This document shows, piece by piece, positions 18,739 through 29,800 of a stretch of DNA of 64,000 nt. The notes below the pieces were generated by a model that did not search any database, had not been told where the DNA came from, and was given only the letters and a program-made list of their open reading frames with translations. Positions within the stretch are counted from its first letter, which is position 1. Every line of letters starts with the position of its first letter. The stretch is taken from assembly GCA_037441845.1 (NCBI GenBank), contig JBBIRK010000002.1, forward strand, positions 32,001-96,000, in the 5' to 3' direction. The position numbers and the translations under genes are program-made. Origin of the DNA: Candidatus Zixiibacteriota bacterium (GTDB taxonomy: Bacteria > Zixibacteria > MSB-5A5 > UBA10806 > 4484-95).

Positions 18739-19545
18739 TCATTCGCCCCATAGACAAAGCCCGGCGGCCGTGTAGAATTCCGCCGGAATCGAACCGAGAG
18801 TTTGATCGATTTCGAACCTATCCGCCCAATCGAGGGTTCCGATACGCCCGCCAAGCGAAAGATCGCCCCCCAAAAGCAACGCCGGACGTTCGTCTTCGAT
18901 AGCATACCCCATGATATAATACATGCACTCCTCGGCGAAATCGAAACTATCGAAAGTCAAATAACGAGAGGCGACGAAATCGTTATCGCGCGCCACCACG
19001 ACAGCGGCCCCGCCCTGCTCGAAAAAAACGACCGCCGACAAACCGCTGCCTTTTTGGACGAATGCGAGAATTCCATACAGAGCGATCGCCTGCGGATAAA
19101 TCACGGTTTTTTTCGATTCATCCGCCTCCGCCAATTTTTTCAGCGCATCGTAAATCTCGGCCGGCACGGCGAAAAAGAGATTTTTCGTCTTTTTGCCGTC
19201 GAAACTATCACCCAGCTTGATAAACCCTCTGGCGAAATTGCCCAGCTCCGATGGCAGCTGCTGCTCGGCCATCCAATCGATAAAGTCCGAGCCGAAACGC
19301 TCCGCTCCCAGTTTATCGATATTCACGATCCGATTCAACGAACGCCGCATGGGCAACGACAGCAGGATTATATCTGAATTTTCATACGAATCGGAATGAT
19401 CCGGTCCGAGCAACTCCTTAAGCGTTTCGGCCCTATGGATCCGCTCATTGCCATCAAGAATGATCCTTCTGCATTCGATTGCAGAATCGCCCGCGGCTGC
19501 GATCGCGATCGATGAATCCGTTATTTCGAGACCGAGTTTCTTCAA
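18739..19545 (-). CDS. Hypothetical protein, possibly PilM/GspL-like (actin-like fold)
   Basis: TTG start overlapping comEA stop (TTGA); N-terminal LGLEITDSSIAIA and C-terminal FYTAAGLCL resemble PilM termini. Confidence 0.55.
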   Translation of the reverse strand: MKKLGLEITDSSIAIAAAGDSAIECRRIILDGNERIHRAETLKELLGPDHSDSYENSDIILLSLPMRRSLNRIVNIDKLGAERFGSDFIDWMAEQQLPSELGNFARGFIKLGDSFDGKKTKNLFFAVPAEIYDALKKLAEADESKKTVIYPQAIALYGILAFVQKGSGLSAVVFFEQGGAAVVVARDNDFVASRYLTFDSFDFAEECMYYIMGYAIEDERPALLLGGDLSLGGRIGTLDWADRFEIDQTLGSIPAEFYTAAGLCLWGE

Positions 19546-20033
19546 AATTCCAGATACCGTTCTATCTGCTCGAGCTTCCCTCTTCCGATCCCTCGGACAC
19601 AAAGCAAGTCTTGGGCGCAACTGAAATAATTACCCGAGTCCCGGTAGGCGATAATCCGCTGGGCCAACACCGGACCGATTCCCGGCAATCTCAGCAATGC
19701 GCTTTCATCCGCAGTATTCGGGTTTATGATCAACGGTCCCGTATCTTCGTGGGCTTTCTTGGCCGCCCGGGCCGGCGATTCTTTCTTGGCGGATACAGGC
19801 GCCGCAGTCGGTGCAGGCTGCCTTTCTCTCACGACAACTTTCTCGGCGGCCGGATATGCTCCGGTTTCCCTCTGGGTCAAGAGGGTGGTGTGCCGATAAC
19901 CATCGAGAAAACCCTTCAAGTCAATATCCAATGCCCGCCGCTGCCTGTCTATCATTTTCAATCCCAACCCGGCGAGAATGATAAATATCAGCGCCAAAAG
20001 CAGGCGTCTCTGGGAATGATTCAATAAAGTCAT
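19542..20033 (-). CDS. comEA: ComEA-family helix-hairpin-helix DNA-binding protein
   Basis: N-terminal TM; INPNTADESALLRLPGIGPVLAQRIIAYR..DLLCVRGIG. Confidence 0.85.
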   Translation of the reverse strand: MTLLNHSQRRLLLALIFIILAGLGLKMIDRQRRALDIDLKGFLDGYRHTTLLTQRETGAYPAAEKVVVRERQPAPTAAPVSAKKESPARAAKKAHEDTGPLIINPNTADESALLRLPGIGPVLAQRIIAYRDSGNYFSCAQDLLCVRGIGRGKLEQIERYLEF

Positions 20034-20041
20034 GGATAAAA

Positions 20042-20070
20042 AAACTATCGTTTTCGACGGATAAAGTCAA
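20042..20070 (-). promoter_or_regulatory. Putative sigma-70 promoter of comEA operon (near-leaderless)
   Basis: TTGACT-N17-TAGTTT, 8 nt before ATG. Confidence 0.5.
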
Positions 20071-20137
20071 GCCAATGATATGCACCGGCTGATAGATAGT
20101 CCCAAGCGGAGGTGCGAGTCCGCCGGCCGAAAACCGC

Positions 20138-21385
20138 TCAGTAGATTTTCCTGAATTTTATACCTTTATAATAAGTCTTCAGTATCTTCTCCCAGTCTTG
20201 GCCGGCGCGTGCCCGCCCTATCGCCCCGCACTGACACATGCCGACTCCGTGGCCGTTGCCTTTCCCCTCAAGCGTAAGGCTGAGGATTTCCTTGCCCTGG
20301 CGCGAGGCGAACGCATCAAATCTGGTCGAGGGTAGGATGGCGCCGGGCGGGGATTTCCGTCGCAGCGCCCAACGTATTTTGTCGCTTCCTATCTTGAAAG
20401 TCCCGGTGCTGGTTTGAATAACCATTTCCGACATTCGTCGGCTTTGTACGTCTTGATGAAACTGGATATCGATCAGCCTGCCGAAACCTTTCGCTGGAAG
20501 GCGCCCCTGTTCCGCCAGATAATTGCTTAAATTTATGTTGAGGTCGTTCAACTCGAAATTCTCCGCCCATGAATACGATTTCGCCCAACTGCAATAGAGC
20601 GAATCGTCCACCTGCTTCAAATAGGGCATCCTTTTCCCTCCCCAGGCTTTTTCCCTGCCGATAGTCGACCCGCCGCAGACGGCGTGGTAATAAGCCGCGA
20701 TCGGTTCATTTTTGTGAACCATCACCAACCCTTCGGTCTCCTCAACCGCCATATTGTGTAAAGGGAATTCCGCACCCGCTCCGAGATAAACTTGATCCTC
20801 GATAGTCGGCTGCAGATGACCTCCTCCGTCCGAGTATAATCTCCAGATCGCGTAAGTGCGGGCGGCCACCGCCTGAGCTTTAAGCGCCTCGAATTCGTTT
20901 TCCGCCCGCTGACCGAGCTCGGCCGGCAACACCCCTTTGAGGTAATCTTCCATATCGACGACGTTGATCACCGCGATTTTGGCCTTATCCCTGCTATTTT
21001 CCGGCAACGATACTATTCTGCACTCGATCGTCCCTTTATAAATTTTATCCCCATATCCCAGAACCTGATTGGGAAAACGCGGCCTAAAATACAGATGCGA
21101 AAGTCCTCTGGCGAAAACTCCGTTTTCGTCTCTAACCATAAAGCCCGATCGATCGGCATCGACCTCGATTGACGACGATGAATAATAAATATCGGCCGGC
21201 TGGTTTTCCCGCCAGGTTTCGATAATGAATTCGCCCGGAGCGCTTAATTTCGGATTGCTTGTCTGCGCCAATATCACACGTACCTGACGGCTGTAGTTTG
21301 CTTCCTCGGCGCAGGCGATGCCGCAGGCACAAAGAAAAATCACGGCGATAAACGAACCGGTCGCGCATCTGATCAAGCTGGACAT
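20138..21385 (-). CDS. SpoIID/LytB-domain lytic transglycosylase
   Basis: EDYLKGVLPAE, EALKAQAVAARTYA, DQVY, GNGHGVGMCQCGA, ILKTYYKG. Confidence 0.93.
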   Translation of the reverse strand: MSSLIRCATGSFIAVIFLCACGIACAEEANYSRQVRVILAQTSNPKLSAPGEFIIETWRENQPADIYYSSSSIEVDADRSGFMVRDENGVFARGLSHLYFRPRFPNQVLGYGDKIYKGTIECRIVSLPENSRDKAKIAVINVVDMEDYLKGVLPAELGQRAENEFEALKAQAVAARTYAIWRLYSDGGGHLQPTIEDQVYLGAGAEFPLHNMAVEETEGLVMVHKNEPIAAYYHAVCGGSTIGREKAWGGKRMPYLKQVDDSLYCSWAKSYSWAENFELNDLNINLSNYLAEQGRLPAKGFGRLIDIQFHQDVQSRRMSEMVIQTSTGTFKIGSDKIRWALRRKSPPGAILPSTRFDAFASRQGKEILSLTLEGKGNGHGVGMCQCGAIGRARAGQDWEKILKTYYKGIKFRKIY

Positions 21386-22569
21386 ATTTTCCCTAAAATC
21401 ACCGCTTTTTTCGCGCCGGTTATGGTTGACAGATCATATCGGTTCCCGGCCACCGCCTCATTGGCGAAAACTGCGAAACTGACCGCCTCGAGATATTCGG
21501 CGGGGAAACCGAATTCATCGGCGAATTTGATTTTCTGTCGCATTCGCTTTTCTATTTCCGCAATCAAATGCCGATTGCGCGCCCCTCCTCCGGTCAAAAT
21601 CAATGTCTTGAATTTCCAGCGGTTCAGCTCGACACAATCGAAAACCGCTTGAGCCGACAGCGACGCAGCAGTGGCAAGTATATCGTGATCGCCGAGCCCG
21701 GCCCGGCGGCAATCCGCCTCGAATCGCCGGCAGAATCCATCGCCGAACATCTCCCGGCCGGCAGACCTCGGACCTTTCAGTCCGAAAAAACCTCTTGCGA
21801 GCACCCGCCTGATTATTCCTTGATCGGGCGCTCCTCTGATCGCGAGCAGACCGTCTTTGTCATAGCGTTTCCCGAACAATTTTGCGGCGAAATGATCGAT
21901 TACCATGTTTCCCGGCCCGCAATCACAGCCGAATATTTTCAACTTCGATCCGGATCGTTTGAGCACGGTGATATTGGCGATTCCACCTATATTAAGAATC
22001 GCGATATCGCCGGGAACTTTTCCGAATAGAAGCGCATTGGCGATCGGGGTCAAAGGCGCGCCTTGCCCGCCGGCGGCTATATCGGCGATCCGAAAATCGC
22101 CCACCACCGGGATGCCGATCGCCACCGCGATCCGCGTGGGGTCGCCGAGCTGCACCGTGATTGTAGAGTTACCTCGGCCGGGAAGGTGACGGATAGTCTG
22201 GCCATGCGACCCGATCAGGTCCACTTTCAAACCGAGACTTTCGGAGGTCTTGATCATTTTCCCTGCGGCCCGCACAAATTCCCGGGCAAGAACCAAATTC
22301 AATTTCTGCCATTCCAGCGCGCCGTCGAATTCAGGTTGGGCGCAGTGCTTGATCCACTGCGACAGCTCCCTATTGAATCGGAATTTCCTGCCGAAAATCA
22401 GCTTCACCCGACAGCCGAAACCAGCGCCGTCTATCCGAACCAATGCGGCATCTATACCATCGGCCGAGGTGCCGCTGTTCAGCCCGATTACATATTTCCG
22501 CTTTTTGTTCTTCAGATCAAACAAGTTGAGTTTCGCCGGCACGTCGGATTCTTTCGATCGCTTTTTCAT
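21373..22569 (-). CDS. anmK: Anhydro-N-acetylmuramic acid kinase
   Basis: IGLNSGTSADGIDAAL, IGSHGQTIRH, DFRIADIAAGGQGAPL, LNIGGIAN, DCGPGN. Confidence 0.96.
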   Translation of the reverse strand: MKKRSKESDVPAKLNLFDLKNKKRKYVIGLNSGTSADGIDAALVRIDGAGFGCRVKLIFGRKFRFNRELSQWIKHCAQPEFDGALEWQKLNLVLAREFVRAAGKMIKTSESLGLKVDLIGSHGQTIRHLPGRGNSTITVQLGDPTRIAVAIGIPVVGDFRIADIAAGGQGAPLTPIANALLFGKVPGDIAILNIGGIANITVLKRSGSKLKIFGCDCGPGNMVIDHFAAKLFGKRYDKDGLLAIRGAPDQGIIRRVLARGFFGLKGPRSAGREMFGDGFCRRFEADCRRAGLGDHDILATAASLSAQAVFDCVELNRWKFKTLILTGGGARNRHLIAEIEKRMRQKIKFADEFGFPAEYLEAVSFAVFANEAVAGNRYDLSTITGAKKAVILGKICPA

Positions 22570-23464
22570 GCCCCGATTTCACGAGCCTGTGGATATTATC
22601 TTGAAGATATTTCACGATTGTCGGATAACGTTGGTTATCGTGGCAGATCAATGCCATATCATGCCCGGCGCAAAGCGCTTCGAGCGCCAATTCCTCTACC
22701 GGCCGAAGCGATCTGACCGCCCCCATGGATAAATCATCGGTCAGCAATACCCCCTCGAAACCGAGATTCCTGGCCGATCGGCAAACCTTTGCAGAAAAAG
22801 TCGCCGGTCGATCGTCGATCGCGGTCATCAGCAGATGCGTCGTCATCATGAACCCGATGCCGTCTGCGATCGCCGCCCTGAATGGAACCAGATCATGCGA
22901 TTCGATCCTTCCCAAGGGAATGCAAGTAACCGCCATATGCAAATGAGGATCGTTCACCGCCGACCCGAGTCCGGGAAAATGCTTGATACAACAGGCGATT
23001 CCACTGGCGGCGAACGCCCGATAAAAACGCCGGCAATATAGGGCCACGGCGTCGGCGTCATCGGAAAAAGTGCGATCATGCAACGCCGGATTCTGAGGCT
23101 CGTATTTGAGATCGGCCACCGGTGCAAAGTTTAAGTTAATTCCCAGATTCCGCATGCGTGCGCCGACTTCGGCAATGTCTGTATCGAGCCTGTCGAGATC
23201 GTCGCGGTATGACGCCGGGGCGTCGAGATCTCCCAACAAATTCCTCAAACGCCTTACCCGCCCCCCCTCGTAATCGACCGCAATCAGCCCCGGCAACCGG
23301 CCGCGCCTTTTTAATTCGCCTAGCAATCCCAGCGATCCGGATTCCCCGGCGTTGCGATCGAACAAAATTATGCCACCGAACTCGTATCGGGAAAACAGCT
23401 CCATTTCGGCGGAGGTCAACCTGTCGGCTTCAACCCCGATTATCAGCCGAATAGATGGGTCCAC
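22517..23464 (-). CDS. nagZ: GH3 beta-N-acetylhexosaminidase
   Basis: GGIILFDRN, AVDYEGGRVRR, NFAPVAD, KHFPGLG..DPH, LLTDDLSMGA. Confidence 0.9.
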   Translation of the reverse strand: MDPSIRLIIGVEADRLTSAEMELFSRYEFGGIILFDRNAGESGSLGLLGELKRRGRLPGLIAVDYEGGRVRRLRNLLGDLDAPASYRDDLDRLDTDIAEVGARMRNLGINLNFAPVADLKYEPQNPALHDRTFSDDADAVALYCRRFYRAFAASGIACCIKHFPGLGSAVNDPHLHMAVTCIPLGRIESHDLVPFRAAIADGIGFMMTTHLLMTAIDDRPATFSAKVCRSARNLGFEGVLLTDDLSMGAVRSLRPVEELALEALCAGHDMALICHDNQRYPTIVKYLQDNIHRLVKSGHEKAIERIRRAGETQLV

Positions 23465-23467
23465 CGA

Positions 23468-25015
23468 CTATTTCTTCTCCACAACCGCTTCCGCTTGGGA
23501 ATCGGAAACCATACAGACTCGGTTTCGGCCGCGATTTTTAGCCAGATAAAGGGCTTTATCGACCTTTTCCAACAACTGAGTCGCTGATAAACTACCATTC
23601 GGGTAAACCGCTATACCGATTGATATTGTGGCCTTTATATGACGTTGTCCTTGAGAGTTGGAGAAAAACGATTGGTCGATCTGGCTGCGTATCCGCTCGG
23701 CGATCATGCGGGCGTTGTCGGCATCGGTTTGGGGCAGAATTATCATGAACTCCTCGCCGCCGTATCGAGCCACGATATCGACATCGCGCACCGCCTGTTT
23801 GATTACCGCGGCGATCTCCTGCAACACGATATTGCCGGTCTGATGCCCCTGGGAGTCGTTCAGCTCCTTGAAATGGTCGATATCGAGCATCAGAAGCGAC
23901 ATTTTCTGGTGATATCTGTCTGCCCTTCTCATCTCGTCGAACAACTTGTTGCGGAAATAGCGATAATTATACAATCCGGTCAATTCGTCGATAATCGTCA
24001 GGTCCTGCATTTTCTTATGCATCTTAGCATTGTCTATCGCGATCGCCGTCGAATTGGCGAATATGATCAGGCTGCGCCTATCCTTCTCGCTTATATCTCC
24101 GTGGCGCGGGGCTTCGATCTGCAGAATACCGAGCAGCTTGCCATGGGAAATCAACGGCAATTCGAGATCGAACGGCCTTTTCCGGGCCACCATTTTACCT
24201 CGTTCGCTTCCGATCAAACTCAGCTCGGCGGGCAGAAAATCGGAGACGACCAAAGGCGGATTGTACAACGTTTTTTTGCCCGACTGAAGTTCGGCGTGCA
24301 GATTCAGGTTCTTGCTGCTCGAATCGAGCAGAAGTATGGCGCATTTCCTGACCCTCAGAAGTTTATCCGCGATTTCCAGAACCTGCTCGAAAAGCTGCTC
24401 CAGATCCACTATCGCCGACAACACTTTGGTCGTCTCATACATGTTTTCCAGCAACACCTGAGACGATTCCAGCTCCCAGGTTCGTTCGTTGAGCGTATCG
24501 AGAGTTTTAAGCAGTCTTTTCTCCGAGGCTTTCATATGATGCGCCACCAGGTATCCGATACCTCCCAAAAGCCATATATAGAACACCCGCATCAATATTG
24601 TCAAAAGCATTTCCTGGCGGAAAGGAACGATCGCCGCCGTCATGTAGCTCAAAGAAAACAAGAGTGCCACCGTGGCCACCTTTTTGGCCGTCATATAGAC
24701 CGACAAAAGGCCCACCATCACATAGTATCCGAGAAACAATTCGCTTCCCGCACCGCCGTCGAGCATTACGGCCAGAGTCAAGAATATGGTATCGAAACCG
24801 AACAGCGAAAATAGTATTCTTTCGCTTTTTAGGGTGGTTTTGCTGTTGAGTAATAACATGACAAGATTGATCACTATATAGGCGGAAAACAGCAGGATAA
24901 ATTCCGGGAGACGGCCGTGCCGGTGCCAACCCGCATATACATATACCGCCGCCAAAGACACGAACACACCCTTGGCGGCCCAATAGATTTTCTCTATTTT
25001 CCCACCGAACTTCAT
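23468..25015 (-). CDS. Membrane-bound diguanylate cyclase (TM-GAF-GGDEF)
   Basis: About 5 TM helices, GAF-like region, DELTGLYN, DIDHFKELND, RDVD I-site, GGEEF. Confidence 0.94.
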   Translation of the reverse strand: MKFGGKIEKIYWAAKGVFVSLAAVYVYAGWHRHGRLPEFILLFSAYIVINLVMLLLNSKTTLKSERILFSLFGFDTIFLTLAVMLDGGAGSELFLGYYVMVGLLSVYMTAKKVATVALLFSLSYMTAAIVPFRQEMLLTILMRVFYIWLLGGIGYLVAHHMKASEKRLLKTLDTLNERTWELESSQVLLENMYETTKVLSAIVDLEQLFEQVLEIADKLLRVRKCAILLLDSSSKNLNLHAELQSGKKTLYNPPLVVSDFLPAELSLIGSERGKMVARKRPFDLELPLISHGKLLGILQIEAPRHGDISEKDRRSLIIFANSTAIAIDNAKMHKKMQDLTIIDELTGLYNYRYFRNKLFDEMRRADRYHQKMSLLMLDIDHFKELNDSQGHQTGNIVLQEIAAVIKQAVRDVDIVARYGGEEFMIILPQTDADNARMIAERIRSQIDQSFFSNSQGQRHIKATISIGIAVYPNGSLSATQLLEKVDKALYLAKNRGRNRVCMVSDSQAEAVVEKK

Positions 25016-25141
25016 CTTATGCCTGTATGTCCTTATATTTATATCGACAAGCCCCCGGCGAATTTAAGCCGCTTCTTCGGAAATCGGGCATTAGAAACGT
25101 CATCGAACCGTCGATATTTTGATTTGGGATCCGCCCCGCTA

Positions 25142-25170
25142 TTGACATGTCAAACCGAAATCGGTATACT
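25142..25170 (+). promoter_or_regulatory. Sigma-70 promoter of CPBP/PAP2 operon; -35 lies in palindrome TTGACATGTCAA
   Basis: TTGACA-N17-TATACT. Confidence 0.75.
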
Positions 25171-25188
25171 TTTTCATGGAGCGGGGAA

Positions 25189-25890
25189 ATGGAAAATAGG
25201 CCGGTGAACTCCGCCGCCAATGAAACAGACAACAAGCCGCTTTTAATCCTGCTGCTGGTTCCCGTTTTATTGACCTGCATGAGGTATTACGGCTGGGGCG
25301 ACTATTACGCACGCCTGACCGGAGACTTCAACTCGCCTTATCCGCAATACTATTACTTTCTCGCCTCGTTCTTGCTGTTGGGTATAATCCCTATCGTCAT
25401 CTGGCGATTCGGCTTCCGCCGATCATTAAAAGAAATGGGGATGGGGGCCGGCGACCTGGCTTATGGGGTCAAGCTCGCCGCCGCGGGAATTCCTTTGATG
25501 GTTGTCATCGCGTATTTTTCGGCGGGCGACTCCGAGTTCATCGCCGAATATCCGCTTTACCGCGGGCTTATCGACAATCGAACTGATATGATCCCGTATT
25601 TTATCCTCTATGGCTTCTACTATATCGGCTGGGAGGCTTTTTTCAGGGGATTCATGTTGTTCGGGCTTCGCAAACGTTTCGGCGATACGGCCGCCATTTT
25701 GATTCAAACCATTCCATCCTGCCTCATGCATATAGGCAAACCGAAAGCGGAGATATTCGCCTCGATCGTCGCCGGAATCGCATTCGGCTGGTTCGTGCTG
25801 CGTTGTCGCTCGATCTGGCCGATATTTCTTTGTCACTGGTGTCTGGGAGTATCGCTCGATATATTCATCATCGGCGGAGGTCCGCGTTGA
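25189..25890 (+). CDS. CPBP (CAAX/Abi) family intramembrane metalloprotease
   Basis: GWEAFFRGF, HIGKPKAE, RSIWPIFLCH; multiple TMs. Confidence 0.87.
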   Translation: MENRPVNSAANETDNKPLLILLLVPVLLTCMRYYGWGDYYARLTGDFNSPYPQYYYFLASFLLLGIIPIVIWRFGFRRSLKEMGMGAGDLAYGVKLAAAGIPLMVVIAYFSAGDSEFIAEYPLYRGLIDNRTDMIPYFILYGFYYIGWEAFFRGFMLFGLRKRFGDTAAILIQTIPSCLMHIGKPKAEIFASIVAGIAFGWFVLRCRSIWPIFLCHWCLGVSLDIFIIGGGPR

Positions 25891-26843
25891 AAAAACCTTT
25901 TTGGCGGTTGATATCGCCGGTCGATTTTCTGATTATCTGCTACTCATCATTCATGATAATCCTGATAACCGCTTTCGGCGGCCATTTGGATGACCGCCTG
26001 ACGATCTATCACGCGTATTCTTTCTGCATCGGCACCGCGCTATTTTTCGTGTTCCTCAAATCCGTCCTGAATTCCCCGATAATCCGTTACCTTTCCATGA
26101 TATACCCGTTGGCTTTGCTGATTGTTTTTTACGAGATTTCCGGTTATCACATTCATCTGTTTTTCCCCGGGTTTTTCGATCGGATTTTAGTGGGATTCGA
26201 AAACCTTATCTTCCCGGTTCATCCTACCGTATGGTTTCAGCGTTGGAATCATCCGCTGATAACCGAGTGGATGATGTTCGGCTATTCGTTTTACTTGCTG
26301 CTCTTGCCGATAACCGTCAGCTGGCTGTTTTTTCGTAAAAAATACGCCCAATCGAATCACTTGCTCTTGAGTCTGATAATCGCATTCTTCGTCTGCTACA
26401 TCGGTTTCTTCCTTTTCCCTATCGAAGGGCCGCGCTATTTTCTGCACCACCTTTATACGGTCAAATTTTCGGGCTATTTTTTCAAATCGATCACCAATCT
26501 GATTGAGGGCGAGGCGATGCTCCATGGCGGCTGTTTCCCCTCGGCGCATTGCGCGGCGGCCACGGTCATGCTGTTCTTATCGTTCAAATACGATAAAGTG
26601 TTGTTCGCCTGGACGGCACCGATAATAATCACCCTTTACGTTTCCACCATCTACGGAAGGTATCATTATCCATCCGATTTCGCGGCCGGGTTCATAGCCG
26701 GAGCGGTGGCGATCCGTTTGGCCACATCGTTACAAAATCACTGGGATAGAAAAATCGAAAGAGATGCCGAAAAGTCGCATGCCGAGCCGACCGAAATTCC
26801 CCTTCCCAGACCGAAAACCGATATAATAGCCGAAAAGCCTTAG
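25887..26843 (+). CDS. PAP2-superfamily (AUR1/PAP2_3-like) membrane phosphatase or phosphotransferase
   Basis: FPIEGPRY, GCFPSAH, GRYHYPSD; TTG start overlapping upstream TGA. Confidence 0.85.
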   Translation: MKKPFWRLISPVDFLIICYSSFMIILITAFGGHLDDRLTIYHAYSFCIGTALFFVFLKSVLNSPIIRYLSMIYPLALLIVFYEISGYHIHLFFPGFFDRILVGFENLIFPVHPTVWFQRWNHPLITEWMMFGYSFYLLLLPITVSWLFFRKKYAQSNHLLLSLIIAFFVCYIGFFLFPIEGPRYFLHHLYTVKFSGYFFKSITNLIEGEAMLHGGCFPSAHCAAATVMLFLSFKYDKVLFAWTAPIIITLYVSTIYGRYHYPSDFAAGFIAGAVAIRLATSLQNHWDRKIERDAEKSHAEPTEIPLPRPKTDIIAEKP

Positions 26844-26862
26844 TTTCGATTCGCGCGGAAAA

Positions 26863-29800
26863 TTATCGATATTTCTCGATCAAAGATAGGTATGCCTTGA
26901 TATCGTAGCCGGCCATTCTGGCCGAATCTATGAGCGACGCGGCCGTATCGACCAGGCGGCGAAGCCCGATTATCGTGGAATCTCCGCCGGAGCGATACCA
27001 CACGATCTTGATTAAAAAAATCATGCCCAGCAGAAACTCCAGGCGTTCCTTGTTTAGCCATAATCTGCCGTCATATTCGTTAACCAACAGATAATCATGC
27101 GCCCGCCTATCGGCAAGCAAGCCGGCTATCAACGCCTTCCCCGATAGATTTCTATCGCCTTCGATGGTGCGGCAATGGTCGATCAAGAGACGCAACAGCC
27201 GACCATGGCTTTCGCTTTCCTGCATTCCGATCCTCCGATCGACAAGCGCACTTGTCAGCTTGTCGGTCAATTTCCATTCGTCCGTCACGGTGGAAATGGA
27301 AATAGGAACCGTCGTCTCCTCGCCATGCCCCGCCATATTCTCGACCGCCTCGATCGCGAAAAAGGCCAATCCGAGTGGAAGCAGCTGACCGTTCAATCTT
27401 TCGAGCGTTTCGAGAAGCGGAATGATTTCCGCACGGTTATCGTCGTCTCCAAAACCCGTAACCAATTCGTGATAGACGGCGAATTCGTTCCATGCCGATT
27501 CGATAGCCGCCGAACGCTCCGCCGTTATCCCCATAAAATCCGCCGCGGCTTTGCAAAAAGCGTCGAATTTCGCCCGGCATAGGCTCAGCGCCGATTTTTC
27601 GCTTTCGCCCGGTGAATCCAAATTCTCCATCTTGAGCAATTCGCAAAACGGCTCCAACACCGCCCGATACCGCAGCTCGTGTAAAGCGGCGTTTATATCG
27701 GGAACGCCGGCTCCGCCCAATTGATCGCAAAGCCGCCGCCATGAACCGTCGTCGTCTTTAACCTCCCGCAAATCGAGAAATGCGTTATACTGGTATCCGC
27801 GCAGCACGGCGAACAGGCCCCGTTCGGCGATTTGCAAATTTTCTCGGATATATTCAAGCCCCGATTCATAATCCTTGAAAATCGTGAAATATCCGGGCTC
27901 CGCCTTGATGTCGATCGCCTCCGCAAGCGTTCGGCGGATCAGGAATTTGTTATCGGCATCCCCCTTATTGATCGCGGTTGATAATTTGATCGTGCCACGG
28001 GTCGAATTATATGAATTATTGTAGATTATTATCGCCTTCTCCAGGCCCACCATATTCGAATAGGCGAACACATTTTCATCGACCCATCCCTCGGGGGTCA
28101 CGAAATCGTAAAACGCGAAATTCTCGGAGCCGCTGAACAACCGCCGTCGCCTCATCAGCGGAAAAATCTTTTGCTCATGCAATTTCACCATCTGCCGGTT
28201 TATGGGTTCATCCCAATAGGCGCGACCGTATTCCATGCCGTATTTTTCCCGGAAACCCTCTATCTGCCCATGACCGAACATCGGCAAACCCGGCATGGTC
28301 ACCATCATGACCGCGATACCGTAATACTTGTCGCCGTCGCCGAACTGCGCAATAGCGGTCTCCTCATCGGGATTGTTCATGAAATTGACGAATCGTTTGA
28401 GCACTTCCGGGCTGAACTCGAGCACGTTCTTCACCGTCTGCCGATATTTGCTGTTTTCCTCCATCTTGAGCATGTTCATGAATGCGCTGTTGTAAACGCG
28501 ATGCATTCCGAGCGTGCGCACGAAATACCCCTCCATGAGCCAAAACGCCTCCGCCAGAAGCAGAGTGTCGGGCGCCTCCGCGGCCACTCTGTCGACCACT
28601 TCGCGCCAGAACTCCGCCGGCATGGCCGCGTCGAATTGCTCCCGGGTCAGGCCGTTTTCCGCACGCGAGGGGATCGCTCCACCCTCGCCGGGCCGGGGAA
28701 ACCAAAGCCGCTGATAGTGGCGCTTGGCAAGCGTCATCGCCGCATCGAAACGGATTATGGGAAATTTACGGGCCACGTGGATAATCGTATTGATGACCGC
28801 CTCGCGCACCTCCGGATTCAGGAAATTAAGCTGAGCGGTATCGTTCCAGGGCATGTTGGTGCCGTCGTTGCCGTGATAAATATACCTGACATCGCCGGTC
28901 CATTTGTCGGTGCGCTTGAAAACCACTGCGGCGTCGCGCCGATCCCAGTAGCCGTCCTCGATCTGTATCATCACCCGCTCGTCGCTCGAAAGATCCATGC
29001 CGCCGAAACGGTAATTCGGATACGGCGGATAGGGCAGTTGAATGAACCAATCGGGATGCTCGATAACCCAACGGGAATATATACCGGTGTGATTGGGCAC
29101 CATATCGCTGGCGAGTCTAATCCCCCTCCGCCAGGCCCGTTCTTTCAGATTGATATAAGCCTCTTCGCCGCCCAGGTCGGCCGCGATCGTATAGTCGTAT
29201 AACGAGTAAGCCGAGGCCATCGCCTCCGGGTTACCCATCGCCCGCTTTATTTTCTGCGACGCCGGCGATCTTTCCCATATACCGATCAGCCATAATCCGG
29301 TGAATCCCCAGCGGGCAAGCTGGTCGAGCTCCTCATCGGGGATGTCGCTCAAATGACGGCAATGTCGCTTATATTTGTTGGATAATTGATACAGCCAGAC
29401 ATGAATCGACTTGGCTATCATTACCACGTTCGACATCCAATCGGCGTCTTGGCTGAACCGGGCCGGTTCGTTGATCCCGTAATCCGCTCCATAAGTCGAT
29501 CGAATGAAATCGAGTATCTCGATACTGCCTGGACCCAAACCGCGGATACGTCTTTCCTCGCTGAGTATGTCGGTGGCCAAAAGGATTCGTTCGAGCAACT
29601 CGTCGGGCAGAAACTCGGCCCAATTGTCGTAGATAAATTTGAGTTGACAATCGAGCGAATCCGAGCACGTCCGAATGGGCTCGAATAAGCATTCGAACAG
29701 CGGCTTTCCCAACGGTTTGAAAGTCGGCCCTCCGGCGAAATACTCCTTGTCGCCGGCGATAATTTCGGCGTAGCGCGATTTTTCCCTCAACGGCGAATCG

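Noticed and set aside
23639..24814. 391-aa plus-strand ORF
   Set aside because: Antisense shadow of the diguanylate cyclase; no motifs
28171..29202. 343-aa plus-strand ORF
   Set aside because: Antisense shadow of the GH13 gene
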